A stretch of 64,000 nucleotides of DNA from the human T2T-CHM13v2.0 reference genome, Homo sapiens. The position numbers were made by a program, and so were the translations under genes. Where the stretch lies: NCBI RefSeq assembly GCF_009914755.1, contig NC_060929.1, one strand, 5' to 3'. The notes beneath the pieces were generated by a model that saw only the letters and a program-made list of their open reading frames with translations, made no database searches and was not told the DNA's origin. Of this stretch, positions 41,944-57,613 are shown in pieces (position 1 is the first letter of the stretch; each line of letters begins with the position of its first letter).

Positions 41944-42675
41944 GCAAAGGAGATTTTTAAGATCATTAGCGCTTAGAGAGTTCCCTTCTCTTCCTGAGTG
42001 GAGCAGTGGATATGTCTGGTTACTTCCAACCTCCCAAAGGTTCACATTGCTTGTTTAATTTTTTAGTCAAAATGATGTGTCATCAGCTGGAGGTCACCTT
42101 TCAAAGTCTGCTCTTATAGCACTCTGTACAAAATCTTTATATTCCTAGAGTAATTCAATAATTGAGTCAGTAATTTTCCCTATTTTGCTGTCCCAAATTG
42201 AATTGTGATGACATTTTTCAAGACACAAATAAGGCAGTGAAACCTACCTGTGTTTCTTCATCAGTATCTGAATTTGTAAAAGCATCTTTAGGCTACTTGC
42301 TGTCAATGGAATTCATAATTCACATGAAAAAAATAAGTGACCATTTGAAGCCAATATGCATAAGAATGAGTAACCAGCATGACCACTGTTTTTAGTGCAG
42401 GAGTGTGTTCAATATTAAGACCATTAATGTTTGCCCATTTTATTTAATCATGTGCCCTTCATGTGGAAGAATCAGGTCTTATTGCATACAGATGAGTGTT
42501 CAGGTAATGATTCAGGCTTCATGCTATCAAAATTAAATTCTAAAAGCCAAGAAATTTATCATTTTTATATCCCTTTGCAGATACAGAGTATGTGTAGAAA
42601 TATCTCTTGAAATATGCCTTGTTTACGTGAGAAATAAAATAAGCAGATTATGTTAATTAGAAATAGTATCTGAGT

Positions 42676-42984
<309 letters not shown>

Positions 42985-43024
42985 CTAGTATCTGAGTTAG
43001 GCCTTTAATAATATATTTCTTTTT

Positions 43025-44780
43025 AATATAAAATTGAGGCACTCACAAAAAAAAAATACCTAAGAATACCTCTGGCCAAGGACAAGAAACATCTCTACAA
43101 GGAGAACTACAAAACACTGCTGAAAGAAATAATACATGACACAAACAATTGGAAAAGCATTCCAGCTAGTGGATTAGAGGAATCAATATTGTTCAAATGG
43201 CCATACTACCCAAAGCAATCTACAGAGTCAATGCTATTCCTATCAAACTACCAACATCATTTTTCATAGAATTAGAAAAAAGCTATTCTAAAATTCATAT
43301 GAAACAAAAAAAAAAAATAGCCTGAATAGCCAAAGAAATCCTAAGCAAAAAGAACGAAGCCAGAGGCATCACATTACCTGGCTTTAAAATATACTAAAAG
43401 GCTATAGTAACCAAAACAGCATGGTACTGATACAAAAACAGACACATAGACCAATAGAATAAGTTAGAAAACCGAAAAAAAAGGCTACACACCTACAAAC
43501 ATCTGATCTTCTGCAAAGCTGACAAGAACAAATGACAGGGAAAGGACTCTCTATTCAATAAATGGTGCTGGGATAACTGGCTAGCCATATGGAAAAGATT
43601 GAAATTGGACCGTTCCTTACACCACATACAAAAATTAACTCAGGATGGATTAAAGACTTAACTGTATAACCTACAACTATAAAACTCCCCAAAGAAAACC
43701 TAGGAAATACCATTCTGGACATAGGCCCTGGCACAATGTCCATGGAGATTTCATAACTATGACCCCAAAAGCAATTGCAACAAAAACAAAAATTGACAAG
43801 TATCAACAGAGTAAACAGACAACTTTCAAAATGGGAGAAAATATTCACAAACCATACATCTGACAAAGGTCTAATATCCAGAATGTATGAGGAACGTATA
43901 CAATTGAACAAGCAAAAAACAAATAACTCCACCAAAATGTAGACAAAAAACATGAACAGATACTTCTCAAAAGAAGAATTACAAGCAGCCAACAAACATA
44001 TGATAAAATGCTCTACATCATCAATCATCAGGGAAATGCAAATCAAAACCACAATGAAACACCATTTCACACCTGTCAGAATGGTCATTATTAAAAAGCC
44101 AAAAAACAACAGATATTGGCAAGGTGGTGGAGAAAAGTGAATGCATGTGCACTATTGGTGTGAATATAAATTACTTCAGACCCTGTCAAAAGCAGTTTGG
44201 AGATTTCTCAGCGAACTTAGAACACAGCTCTTTGTCCCAGCAATCCCATTACTGGATATGTACCCAAATGAAAATAAATCGTTCTATCAAAAAAGACACA
44301 AGTACTTATATGTTCATCACAGCACTATTCACAATAGCAAAGACATGAAATCAACCCAGGTGCCCAACAATGCTGGGTTGGATAGAGAAAATGTGGTACA
44401 TATAAACCATAGAATACAATGTAGCCACAAAAAAAAAAAAAAATGAAATCATGTCCTTTGCGACAGCATGGATGGAGGCCATTATTCTAGGCAAATTAAC
44501 ATAGGAACAAAAAACCAAATACCACGTGTTTTCACTTATAAGTGGAAGCTAAGCATTGGGTACTCTTGGACGTAAAGATGGCAACAGTCACTGGAAACTG
44601 ATAGATGGGAAAGGGATGGAGGGGGGCAAGGATAACAAAACTAACTTGGATATTTTGTTCACTATCTGGGTGATGGGGTCATTCATGTCCCAAACCTTAG
44701 CATCATGCAATATACTCATGTAACAAACTTGCACATGGACTCCCAGAACCTAAAATAAAGGTTGAAGTTATTAAAAAAAA
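43025..44780 (+). mobile_element. L1PA15-17-like 3' portion (ORF2 end + 3'UTR)
   Basis: ORF2 text [17 protein letters not shown]; 3'UTR cccaaaccttagcatcatgcaatatactcatgtaacaaac...aaaataaaggttgaa. Confidence 0.9.
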
Positions 44781-45936
44781 GTTAACACACTATTTTCCCA
44801 AATCAGAAGAATGAGTGTTTCCCTGGTTACTTATATTTTGGATTCCTTCTAAACAGGCTATGCGTGATTCCCCCTGAGTTGTCTTCAAAGTCTAGTGTTT
44901 ATGGCTGTATCATAATCTAGGTTTGTAGATATTATATTTTGGAAAAATAGAGGAGGTGGGGAAAATACTTCAAAAGAGGCACTTCTTACTATTAAGGTTT
45001 CTTGTAATTGAAAGTATAGTCTTGTAACTTGGAGGTATATCCCTTATAAGAATACTTCAGAAGCAGTTTTAGATATTGAGAACCTGTTTAACGTTCCTCC
45101 ATTTGAGATTTTCATGCAAGATTTTATGTAAAGCGCAAGTGGATGTTATGTTCCATAAGTAAAAATTTCTAGTTATATCTCTAAAACCATTTTGCCGATA
45201 ATTTCAGTATTACCAAAATAAATAAATAATCTAAGTTTGCCTTGGACCCCACTATCCTATCTAAACTCTGGTAATAATAAATATAATTGTGCAGTATAGC
45301 TTCTAAATGGAAAAATTATCTTCATTTTCAAGAGAGAATAGATGGCTCTTGGGGAAATGTATAGTTAAGGAATAAGAAAACTGTCAGTCATTCAAAAAAC
45401 AAGATTGTGGAGATGACAAGAGTGGAGCCCTGGGAATCCTCAGATTTGCCTTTAAACAATACCATCTCTCTTGTGGTTTCCAAAGGATTCTGGAGCTGGA
45501 AAAGCAAGGCAAACTCACGCTTTCTTATTAGCTCCCTAATGGTGATATGATCCCTCATCCTTTATTTCCTCTGTTAGGAAGAAAACTCCTCCCAGGAAGA
45601 AAACTCCAAATGGAGAGAGAGGGAAGGAAATAGAAAGGGAGAGAAGGGAGAGGGGGTGGAGGGGAGAGAGCAGGTAGCTTGGCCTCCTCCTATGCAGGAG
45701 CAACAATGGTCTCTGTGACCTTTTACCCTGAGGGGCCAGAGAGGTCAAGAGAGGTCCCTGCAGACATGATCAGTCATTGATAGGACACAGTGACTTTGTC
45801 ATCAGCCCCATGGCCATAAATCCTGATGGCATTCTTCTTCTTTTGAGGTTAAATAGAGGAAGGAAATAGAAAGGAACCTGGTACTCTCCCTGGAATCCAC
45901 CAACTAATTTGAAACATAAGCTGGGCATGACTAGAT

Positions 45937-46769
<833 letters not shown>

Positions 46770-46946
46770 GGCTAGATTTAATCAGATGTTGTACTCAAAC
46801 AAAACTTCAGTTTGGCAAACCAAAAATCTGATGTTGCCAGCATCTGGATACAAAGAGCTAGTATAAAGTAGTGATGTGATACATTCTGCATTTAGAAATA
46901 TTTGCGCTGAAAGTGTCTGAGTTACTTCTTCTCATTTCTCTTCCAG

Positions 46947-47104
46947 GTGTTTTATTCCAAACGTCTATGCTGCTTTGTTCACTGCAGCTCTTGTTCCTTT
47001 GACGTGCCTCGTGGTGGTGTTCGTGGTGTTCATCCATGCCTACCAGGTGAAGCCACAGTGGAAAGCATATGATGATGTCTTCAGAGGAAGGACAAATGCT
47101 GCAG
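46947..47104 (+). CDS. ADGRV1: Internal coding exon (158 nt; about exon 86 of 90 from memory) of adhesion GPCR V1: end of ECL2, TM5 and ICL3
   Basis: Acceptor ttccag|G, donor CAG|gtttga. Translation from 46948 gives [52 protein letters not shown], matching the remembered human VLGR1 7TM region. Starts phase 2, ends phase 1. Confidence 0.96.
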
Positions 47105-48176
47105 GTTTGAAAGGAACTATATTTGTACTTTGGAGATGGAAACGCTTTAATGGTGGGAAAATGTCACTGAATTTTTTTTATCAAAAAGAGGGAAGTTCGG
47201 CTCATCTTTCAGCTCTGAAGCCACAAGTTAAGCTATAGCTCTCCAGTTTCTCCTGCTTCTTGGTACCTCTGATGTCTCCCTTTCTTCAGGGCTCTGTAGG
47301 TTTTATTGTTCATTCCAATTTTGTCCTTAAGATATTGATATCCAAGTAAATGAGTCGCAGCCTTGGGAGCCACTTCCCAAGCTTTCATTAAGTGAAGCAA
47401 TAATAACTTGTGTTCTACCTGTGAAATCTGTTCATTTCTCTCCGATTCTGAGACTTCTGCACAGTTTAACAAACCTCCGCAGTGCTCATGAGTGTGCATG
47501 CAGAGCTCTGGTTGTGCTGACAGATGTTTAAAAACATGTAATCAGACAGCTACATGAGTGGCTACACATGTCTGGTTACTTAAGAGTGCAAGCCTTTCTA
47601 GTTCAAATTGGCTTTCACTACAGCTCATTTTTTCCCTTTGAATCATACCTAACAGAGGTTTTTATGATCTGATTCTTTTTATTATTGTTTTTAGACTAGA
47701 GTCCCTCAGGAATTTTCTTAACTAGAAGCAATAGCCACACACCTACATACAGAAAATGCTCTGTAAAATGTTATGTGAGTGACTGGGATATTAGGGAGCA
47801 GCTTAAGAGCTGGGAGTAGAGGATCCCTCTTGGGCCAATGAGGAACAGAAGTCTTCTTTTTTCTAAAGTTTTACAAGTCTAAAGCCAAATGAATGACAGT
47901 CTTAGAGGAATTCCTCACGTTTTAAGTGCTTGTCAAAGTTTAAGCAAGTAGCATATATAAGGTCTCTAGAATAGTGTCTAATACATTTTTAGGGGCTCAG
48001 TAGCTACAGGGCGTCACTCTAATGTAATGCAGTTCTAGTTCCTGAACTTGATCAGTTAATATGCAAAAGGATTTTCCTTGTAGTATAAAGAAAAGACACT
48101 CGTTTGTATTACTTTGTGGGATAGTTTGTAGCATAGCAGTATCTAGCCATCTCTTTTCTAATTCTTTCTCATTTAG

Positions 48177-48510
<334 letters not shown>

Positions 48511-48609
48511 TAAGGTTAATTAATTAATCTTAACTCCTTTAATAAAAAATATTCAATGTATAAATTCTACTTTTTCACGGGACACAGAAGTTATCTAGAA
48601 GCTATGCTT

Positions 48610-49702
48610 GTTTTTTCAGTTTTAATACTCTTTATTTTTTAAATTACTTTTTAAAAATGTAACTTCTTTCTTTTTACATTTATTTTAGGTTGAGAGGTAT
48701 ATGTGCATGTTTATTATGTAGATAAATTGCATGTCACCTCATGGGGGTTTGGTGTACAGATTATTTCACCACCCAGGTAATAAGCACAGTATCCAATAGG
48801 TAGTTTTTAAGTCCTCACCCTCCTCTTTCCCTCTACCCTCAAGTAGGCCCCAGTGTCTCTTATTCCCGTCTTTGTGTCTATATGTACTCAATATTTACTC
48901 CCACTTATTAGTGAGAACATGTGGTATTTGGTTTTCTCTTCCTCTGTTAGTTCACTTAGGATAACAGCCTCCAGCTCCATCTGTGTTGCTGCAAAGGAGA
49001 TGATCTCGGTTTTTTATGACTGCATAATATTCCATGGTGTATATGTACCACATTTTCTTTATCCAGTCTACCACTGATGGGTATTTAGGTTGATTTCATG
49101 TCTTTGCTATTGTGAATAGTGCTGTGATTAACATATGTGTGCATGTGTCTTCATGGTAGAACAATTTCTATTCCTTTGGGTACATACCCAGCAATGGGAT
49201 TCCTGAGTCAAGTAGTAATTCTGCTTTGAGTTCTTTGAGAGACAGCCAAACTGCATTTCACAATGGCTGAACTAATTTACATTCCTACCAGTAGTGTATA
49301 AGCAAGCATTCCCTTTTCGCTACAGCCTTGCCAGCATCTGTTATTTTTTAACTTTTTAATGATAGCCATTCTGACTGGTGTGAAGTGGTATCTCATTGTG
49401 GTTTTGATTTGCATTTCTCTAATGATTAGCAATGTTGGGCATTTTCATATGCTTGTTGGCTTCTTCATGGCACATATGTCTTCTTTTGAAAAGTATCTGT
49501 TCATGTATTTTGCCCACTTTTTAATGGGCTTGTTTGGTTTTTGCCTGTTCATTTGTTTAGGTTCCTCATAGGTTCTGGATATTAGACCATTGTGAGCGCA
49601 TAGTTTGCAAAAATTTTCTCCCATTCTGTAGGTTGCCTTTTTACTGTGTTGATAATTTCTTTTGCTGTGCAGGAGCTCTTTAGTTTAATTAGGTCCCATT
49701 TC
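48610..49702 (-). mobile_element. L1PA13-15-like 3' portion
   Basis: Antisense ORF2 end and 3'UTR; TSD agaagctatgctt at 48597-48609 and 49703-49715. Confidence 0.92.
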
Positions 49703-50129
49703 AGAAGCTATGCTTTTAATCAACTTGGGATTCATCTTATTAAAATGTACATTCTTTTGGGGGGAGAATGGTGGTTTGTTTTTTCCTCTAAGTGACAAGA
49801 TTTATTGTTTTATATATAATGTAAAAGTGCCAATGTTTGCATGTTTTCAATAATGCTAACATAGGGGCCTAACATAGTGACTTAATTCTTTGAATGCCTA
49901 AATCACCCCTGCACCTCTTGAATATGCTTCATTACTGATATAGTAGATAAAACAGTACCCTGATTATCAGAAAAAGATAGCCCTCAAGCATTGAATATAA
50001 GGCAAAAGTTCCAGCACAGTTGTATCTTAATGAGGGAACCCTCTCTTGCAATAAAATGTGAATAGAAGCATTGCCCTATTGTTGTGTTACAAATTTAAAA
50101 AGTGTGATATTTCTAATTCCCCTATTCCC

Positions 50130-51010
50130 ATGGCAATTTATTCTAATAGTCATTATACTTGGACTTCCACAGCAGTTTTCTGATTGGTATCTCTGGTTCT
50201 ACTCTTTTTCTTCTCCATTTCATTATCTCAGATGTCTACATTTTAAAAATATAAAGTGGATTTTCTCATTCTCCAGCATTTCAGTCAAGGTTTCTCTCAT
50301 TGCCCCAAAAAAAAGTCCAGTCCCTTTAGCTTACAAGAGTTTCCACGGTCTGACCCAGGACCATCTTTCCATTCCCAAGTTAGTTACTATTATCCTGCAT
50401 TCTGACATGCCAATCTATTTACTTTTTCCTAAATTTTCCTGATATTGCCATCTTTGCTTATGTAAAGAAATCTTTACTTTGAGCTCCTCCTCATTAGTTG
50501 GTAAAACCCACGTGCTCAATAAGTGATATGGGAAAATGTAGATGAGTGAGAGACAGATGCAAGGGGCTTATCACCTTCCCATATTCTTTATTAGCTCTAC
50601 AAAGCTTTCCAAAATAACTTCAGAATCTAAACAACAGTGATGTGCTTGACAATCACAAGTTAATTCTCCTGGACATCACTTTACTTCTTTACAGAAATTC
50701 TAGAAACTTTCAATATTCTCCCCCTTTTGTGAAGCCTTAGGAATTGCCTCTTTATGGAATCACACCAAATAAGAATTACTCATTCCCTTCTTTATGCCTT
50801 TAAAGTATTTGTCCCTTTAGTCATTGTAGCACTTATCTTAGAATGGAGTGGTCACTTGTTTTGGTGTGTGTGGTTGGTGGATTTCCTTAATAAATTATTA
50901 ATTCCTTGAGGGCAGGAACCATTTAGTATTCATCTCTGTATCCCCAGGGCCTTGCAGAGTGCTTAGTGGATAGCAGGAGCATAATTAATGTTTATTAATT
51001 AAATGAATAA
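50130..51010 (+). mobile_element. L2 fragments
   Basis: ttccttgagggcaggaacc...attcatctctgtatccccagggccttgcagagtgcttag. Confidence 0.65.
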
Positions 51011-51357
51011 ATTAATAATCATCAATGTACCACAAAATTATATAACTGTAAAAATGGATACCCAAGCTAAAGATAGCATTAAGAAGAGAAACTGTAATAT
51101 TATCAAAGTAGAAATTAAATGACTTAATTCTCTGATCTGTTTGTAAATATTCCTCAAAAGTTATTATTATTAGGACTATTTTTATAAGAAATATTTTTTA
51201 AAGCTTTACCTCTATAATTCCCAAAACTACATGTTCAGCTTTGCCCTCAACCTGATCTTTTGTGTTTTTATATTCAACATACTATAACTCACCTCTACTT
51301 GAATATGCTCCACTTAACTCAAATTCAAAATTTCTTTTTTTTTCTTTTCCAGATAAT

Positions 51358-51488
51358 TCTTTTTTTATTTTTAATTATACTTTAAGTTCTAGGGTACATG
51401 TGCACAACGTGCAGGTTTGTTACATAGGTATATGTGTGCCATGTTGGTTTGCTGCACCCATCAACTCATCATTTACATTAGGTATTTC
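51358..51488 (-). mobile_element. L1PA6/7-like 3'-end fragment
   Basis: ttatactttaagttctagggtacatgtgcacaacgtgcagg...acattaggtatttct. Confidence 0.92.
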
Positions 51489-52882
51489 TTCTATTTACTC
51501 TACCACGGAGCACTTGACACTCTCTTTGAAACTTTTTGCTAAAATTCTCTTGTGCTGACTTGTAAAATATCCAGTTAAGGTGGTACTGTAAATTCACGTT
51601 TTGCCTTCTGCCTTACTGTATATACAGAATAGCCAAAGAATAACGTATAACAAAAGAATGTTAAAAATACCGTGGGCATCTCTATAGAACAGAAATCAAG
51701 CAGAAACACCAAATGTACTGGTAGACTAGGCCAAAACCATAGACCTGATATCTCCTGGGGTCCAGAAGCAGGTAGATGCAGGACATTTTGTTAGGCTCAA
51801 AATCTTCCATGATTTCTGTAGAACTGAGCTCCAAGCTAATCACTCTTTTTGTGGATTAAATGTGCCTGACAACAGAAGCAACTTTGCATCACATTTGTTC
51901 ACTGGTTATAATGAATACAAGTAACCATCCCTTACACCGTGTATTTTGAGTGACTTTTTTGTTCTCAACATCCCTTAATTTCAAACAGAGTTCAAATAAA
52001 CTCAGTGAAACCCAAAGGAATGGGGAGAACAAAGAATAAGCACCTCATAAATGGAATACACTCAGTGCTATAGATGCCCACTGTCAACCCCTTCCCTCCC
52101 TGAGCATGGCCTGGGACAGGACAACTCGGCTTTTTGTGGCCCTTTGACTGCCATGAACCAAATTGTTGAAGGTCAGTGGCTCCTAATGAGAATCACTTGC
52201 CTCCTCTTCCCTTCAGTGGGTGGATGTGCAGTGAGAATGAGTTATGATAAAGGTATGTACCTGAACTAAATTTCAATATCTCAAGCAGCATTTTAAACAA
52301 AGCCTGTAATTTTCGGGCTTGGTTTTGATCTCTGGCAACGATAAGCATGTCTCTCTTTTTAGGCTCATTAGAATTTACTGACTCCTTTCTGATTCATGAT
52401 CCAGTTCTTATATGAGGAATGATTCATGGATCAGGAGAGGAAAATTCATTTCAATCAAGAAAGAAAGTAGATGATTACAAATCCCCTTCTTCTAAAAATC
52501 CCACACATAGGTTTCAATATGATATATGAAAATGGAAATGTGGCTGGATCCAGCTAGTCATGTAATGTGAACCTGAGGTATTTAGAATCTCCTGGTACTG
52601 TAATGGCCACATCTCTTACATGGGAGCATTATTTGAGGATGAATGCTTCCATTTCTTCAACCTTAGAGTGAACAACAATAGTAATATAAATCAATATTTT
52701 ATTATTATTATAAAAATTATTGAAAACTTTTTATAGTGAATATTGTAAATGCTCATCCCTTACATCCTAAAGTTGAGTGCCTTTTTTACTCTTGTCGTTT
52801 TTAAAATTTCAAATAGAGCAAAGGAAATGAAATCCAAAGGAAAAAGAGGGAAAGGAAAGAGCTCCTGGTAAATAAAATAAAC

Positions 52883-53402
52883 TGTGTTTCAGTCTCCAAA
52901 GATGGCTGCCATCAGTTACTTTTCTCCTTTTATGTAGGTGCTACTCCTCACATCAAAGGATGGAGACTAGTTCTCATCCTTTTACATCTGGACTGTCTTT
53001 GGACTTGCTTAGACCAATGTAATGTGATGGAAGTGATGCTTTTTCATAATGGGCCTAGACTTTAAGATGAATGGCAGTTTTAGATTCCTTCCTCTTGGAA
53101 GCCACCATCTAAGTTCAATTACCCAGAGACCACCACGGTGGTAGAAACCCCACGCTGGCCATGTGCAGCAGACATGTGCAAAGGCAGGCTCAGCCAGCCT
53201 CCAGTTGTGTCAGGCAAACCAGCTCTGATTCCAGACATGGACATGTGAGTGAAGAAGGCTTCTTGTAGGTTCCATCCCCAATGGACACCACACAGAGTTG
53301 AAAACCTGCCTAGCCCAGATTGCAGAATTGGGAGAAATAGTACATTATTTTAAGTCACTAAGTTTGGTGCTAGCTTATTTGAAGCAGTCAGTAGCTGAAA
53401 CA
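52883..53402 (+). mobile_element. MaLR solo LTR (MLT1G/H-like)
   Basis: ctccaaagatggctgccatcag...cccagattgcagaattg...ttttaagtcactaagtttgg...agctgaaaca. Confidence 0.8.
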
Positions 53403-54547
53403 TTCTGGTGTTTCAATATCCTCATTATTCTCACATCAAACTTGTAAGTATGTCATTGTCCTTTTAAATGTTACTGCTTGCAGAAACCTTCAGGATTTAT
53501 AAATAAAAATGGGAAAACATGATATGATTTTTTTTCCTAAAGCAGAATTGGGGCTTCTGCTAAAGTAAAGTAAAAGTGATCTTACCCAGTAACAGTATGT
53601 ACTTGAATAGGATCCAGAATGACCAACATTACAGGTTTCACATGTCCTTGGCAGTTAGATGCCTGTTTGCAGTCTACTCCAAGCTCCATTTCTGAAAATA
53701 ACATTTTAAAAAAACAATGCCTTGGGGCCTAAGGAAAACCCCAGCTTCTCACTCAACCGTGAACAGACACTCCCACTCAAGCTTGAAAAAATCTTTGTGA
53801 AGCACAGTTCACTCTTCCCACATTTTGCCAATAGTGGTGGGGGAAATCCCACATGTTAAAAACACATACATATGGATGCCCATTCTCTGCTTAGGTTTTT
53901 GATCTCAATCCTCGAAGATTCATATCAGAAATCTCTCTGCCTGGAAGATGATGTGTAGTCATTCAGTGTTTGTTTTCTTCATTATTGTTTCTGAAAACAC
54001 TTAGGATTTGATACTGCTCATGAAAAACTCCTAGAACAATAACATCAGGAGTTGCCTAAGGCTTTGCACATCATCATGAAAAGTAAAAAGGAAAATCATA
54101 TTTTTGAGAGAAGGTTTAAATTTCTGTTGAAACACCCCTGATTTACAATGTAGCCAAGAAGGAAAAGGGGCTGACCACTTGTGGCAGACCGGGCCTTTCT
54201 AGAACTCAGGTTTCCTGGATTTCTTACTTTAGTGAGCTGCCTTTTACCAGTCTCAATTGGAGATGGATGAGGACAAAGGTAATCCCCAACTCTGGCTATT
54301 TCAGTACTAAACTATTATGTTTAATTGACATCTTTTTTCTAGGTGGACAGAGGGCATAGAGCATGGATATGGGACGGGGGTGAGAGAAAGAGTAAAGGGC
54401 TGGCACTGCATGTAAGTGCAGGTGTGCATCTCCCTTTGCACCTTGGTGGTCCACATCATGGTTATTGTCATCATCACTGCCACCCATTACGATTCACCAT
54501 TCATCAGGCACTGTGTTAAGAATTTCACGTATGTTATCTCAGTTTAA

Positions 54548-54774
54548 TATATATATATATGTACATAATATCTGTACATATTTATGGGGTACATGTGACA
54601 TTTTGTAACATACATAGAATGTGTAATGATCATGTCAGGGTATTTGGGATGTCCATCACCTTGAATATTTATCATTTCAATGTGCTGGGGTCATTTCAAG
54701 TTATCTCTTCTAGCTATTTTGAAATATACAATACATGTTGTTAACTATAGTCAACTAGTTTGCTATCAAACATT
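54548..54774 (-). mobile_element. L1MA 3'-end fragment inserted in a MIR
   Basis: gtacatatttatggggtacatgtga...ttgttaactatagtca; flanking ttatctca(g/a)ttt repeats. Confidence 0.85.
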
Positions 54775-55485
54775 TTATCTCAATTTTTACATGAAGCCTA
54801 TTAAGCAGGTATGATTTCCTCTAGTCAGACAAGGAAATCAAGGAAATGAGAGGCTTAGAAACGTTTTCACATTTACAGGGCTGCTCAGTTGTGGGATTAG
54901 AATCAGAGGTTGATTCACAAGCTCTCCAGAGCTGCCATTGTTGTTCACATCAATACTTCTGCCCTTACCATTTTGTTTTCAAAACTCTTCTTGGTAATAG
55001 TGACATGTAAACATTAAATTTTAAACTTAGAGAACTCTAATTTCATAAAAGTAGTATTAGACTTTACACCCAGCTCCGCACACCCTGCAAAAAAAAAAAA
55101 AAAAAAAAAAACTTGAAGTGATCAGGGTTGGAAAATTACTCCTTCATCTTCTACTTAATCTTCTGATTTCCAAGAAAGATTGCCCCTCTTTATGGTACCA
55201 AAACATCCCTAGTTTTCCTCACTATTCTCATATGTAATGCAGGTGTAATAACACTATTTAATTTCGTACAGTTGTGTGAAAGATAAAATTTTAATTCATA
55301 TAAGTATTTAGTATAGTTCCTGAAACATACTAAGTCCTCAATATGTGTTAGTATTTTTATTAGTATAAGAACCCTTTCAATATGTAATTGGTACAGAATG
55401 CAGTCAGATATGTAACTCCTTTCTTCTCTACACTTCATCAATATCTCTCAAATGTTCCCCTCCCTTTCTTCATGATTTTGCCTGG

Positions 55486-55822
55486 TGTATTAGCTCAGGC
55501 TGCCATACAAAATACCATAGACTGGGTGTCCTAAACAACAGACATTTATTTGTCACAGTTCCAGAGACTGGAAGTCCAAGATCAAGGCGTCAGCTGATTC
55601 AGGTCCTGGCGAGGCTTGCATGGACATTTTGCTCTCTCCTCTCATGGATGAGAGAGAACCCTCTCATGTCTCTTCTTATAAGGACACTAATTCCATCATG
55701 GGGGCTCCACCTTCATGAGATTATTACCTCCTGAAGGCCTCATCTCCAAATACCATTGCATTGGGAGTTAGGGCTTCGACATACAAATTTGGGGGATGGA
55801 GGAAACAATTCAGTCCATAGCA
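55486..55822 (-). mobile_element. MLT1A0-like solo LTR
   Basis: tgtattagctcaggctgccatacaaaataccatagactggg...aattcagtccatagca; 5-bp TSD cctgg/ccttg. Confidence 0.88.
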
Positions 55823-55973
55823 CCTTGGTGATGTCTCCCATCATCTCATCCTTAGACTATTACAGCTGTCTTGAGACCAATATTGTTCAATTCTTGTCTA
55901 TCCCCATTCCACACTGAAGCATTCTAAAAAGCAAAATTGGCCATGTCATAAAATCATCTAATGACAATCATTA

Positions 55974-56330
<357 letters not shown>

Positions 56331-56833
56331 TCACTACTTCTCCACATAGTCTTTAATGTCCTAACCATACTTAACTAGTGCTGCCACCTAAAAGTGATAT
56401 GACTTCTGATAAAACTTGACTTAAATAGCACAACTAAATTCACTGTTGCTTGCTGAGTTCATCACTTATGGTGATGAGAGAGGAGACGGAATAGAATTGA
56501 AACTAATTTCCATCTTGATACCCATGATAAATAGGCTTCAGTAAGGTGTTAGTGGAAGATATGCTAATGTGATACACACTTAAAGCTAATATCTGAGGGT
56601 AACAAAGATGTTGTTGTTTAGGTGTGTTGCACACTCTTTAACCCTTAATGTGGCTGGCATCTCTTATTGACATGTGCATATCACTGCCATGCCATACCAT
56701 GTTTGACCCAGAGAATTAATGAAACATTCCCATTGTTTATCAGTTTTGTATTCAGGCTAAGTAAGTTTCCTATCTATTTCCTTGCCATTGTTCTCCAAAT
56801 TAATAATAAATTTTAATTTTCCTGGCAGATCCT

Positions 56834-57015
56834 ATTTTTTTTCTGAGACAGAGTCTTACTGTATTGCCCAGGATGGAGTGCCGTGGCACAATCATAGCTC
56901 CCTGCAGCTTCAATCTCCTGGGCTCAAGAGATACTCCCACTTTGGGCTCCCGAGTAGCCAGGACTATAAACACGTGCTACCATGACCAGCTAATTTTTAA
57001 AATTTTTTTTACAGA
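56834..57015 (-). mobile_element. AluJ right-arm fragment
   Basis: gagacagagtcttactgtattgcccagg...cacaatcatagctccctgcagc. Confidence 0.82.
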
Positions 57016-57613
57016 GCATTTTTAAAAGAGCACTTTTTAAAAAATGGATGACCGAAGTCTTCCATTCTACTCTTGGGTAATGAAAATACAGTTACCGATT
57101 TTTTAAAATGTATCTCTCTAAGATTTGTATTCAGAAATAGTATGTATAAAACTTGACTAGAGAGTAGAAAAAATTTTTGAGGCTGTTTTATCTTGGAATA
57201 AGTATGGCAACGAAAGCACTGTGTTTCTCTCTCAACCTCGTCTATGAGCCACTTTAGTTGGTATCAACATGGTGATACTGTAACACACTATGGCTCTCTC
57301 TCCCAGGTTCTTACCTGTATTTCCATTCTTGGTTTGCAACTTTTTCCATGTATTATTTGTTGTTATTTTCATTATTTAAAGTTACCTCTAATTTATGATT
57401 CAGTGCCTACATAGTTCTTTAAGGAAATATATAGTCTACAATCCTTTGTATGATCATACTTTAATTACATGAATCAACTGGTACATTATTAAAGAGGAGA
57501 TCCGGAAATAAAGGAAAATGGGTTTACCAGTACTAGAGAAACAGGAAGTAGGGAAAGGTAATTTGGGGAATTAGCAATTGAATCATAAATTTCTTTAAAA
57601 ATGAATGGTTAGC

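Noticed and set aside
43555-44446. 184-aa hydrophobic minus-strand ORF and neighbours
   Set aside because: Antisense and sense frames of decayed L1 ORF2; same for 15493-16173, 20235-21557, 48853-49571 and 57533-59682.
46975-47238. 87-aa ORF as a stand-alone gene
   Set aside because: It is the ADGRV1 exon read from an internal TTG and continuing into the intron.
50071-50442. ~120-aa hydrophobic ORFs (also 8879-9244 and 60645-61016)
   Set aside because: Low-complexity T-rich or L2-derived sequence with no recognisable homology or exon structure.
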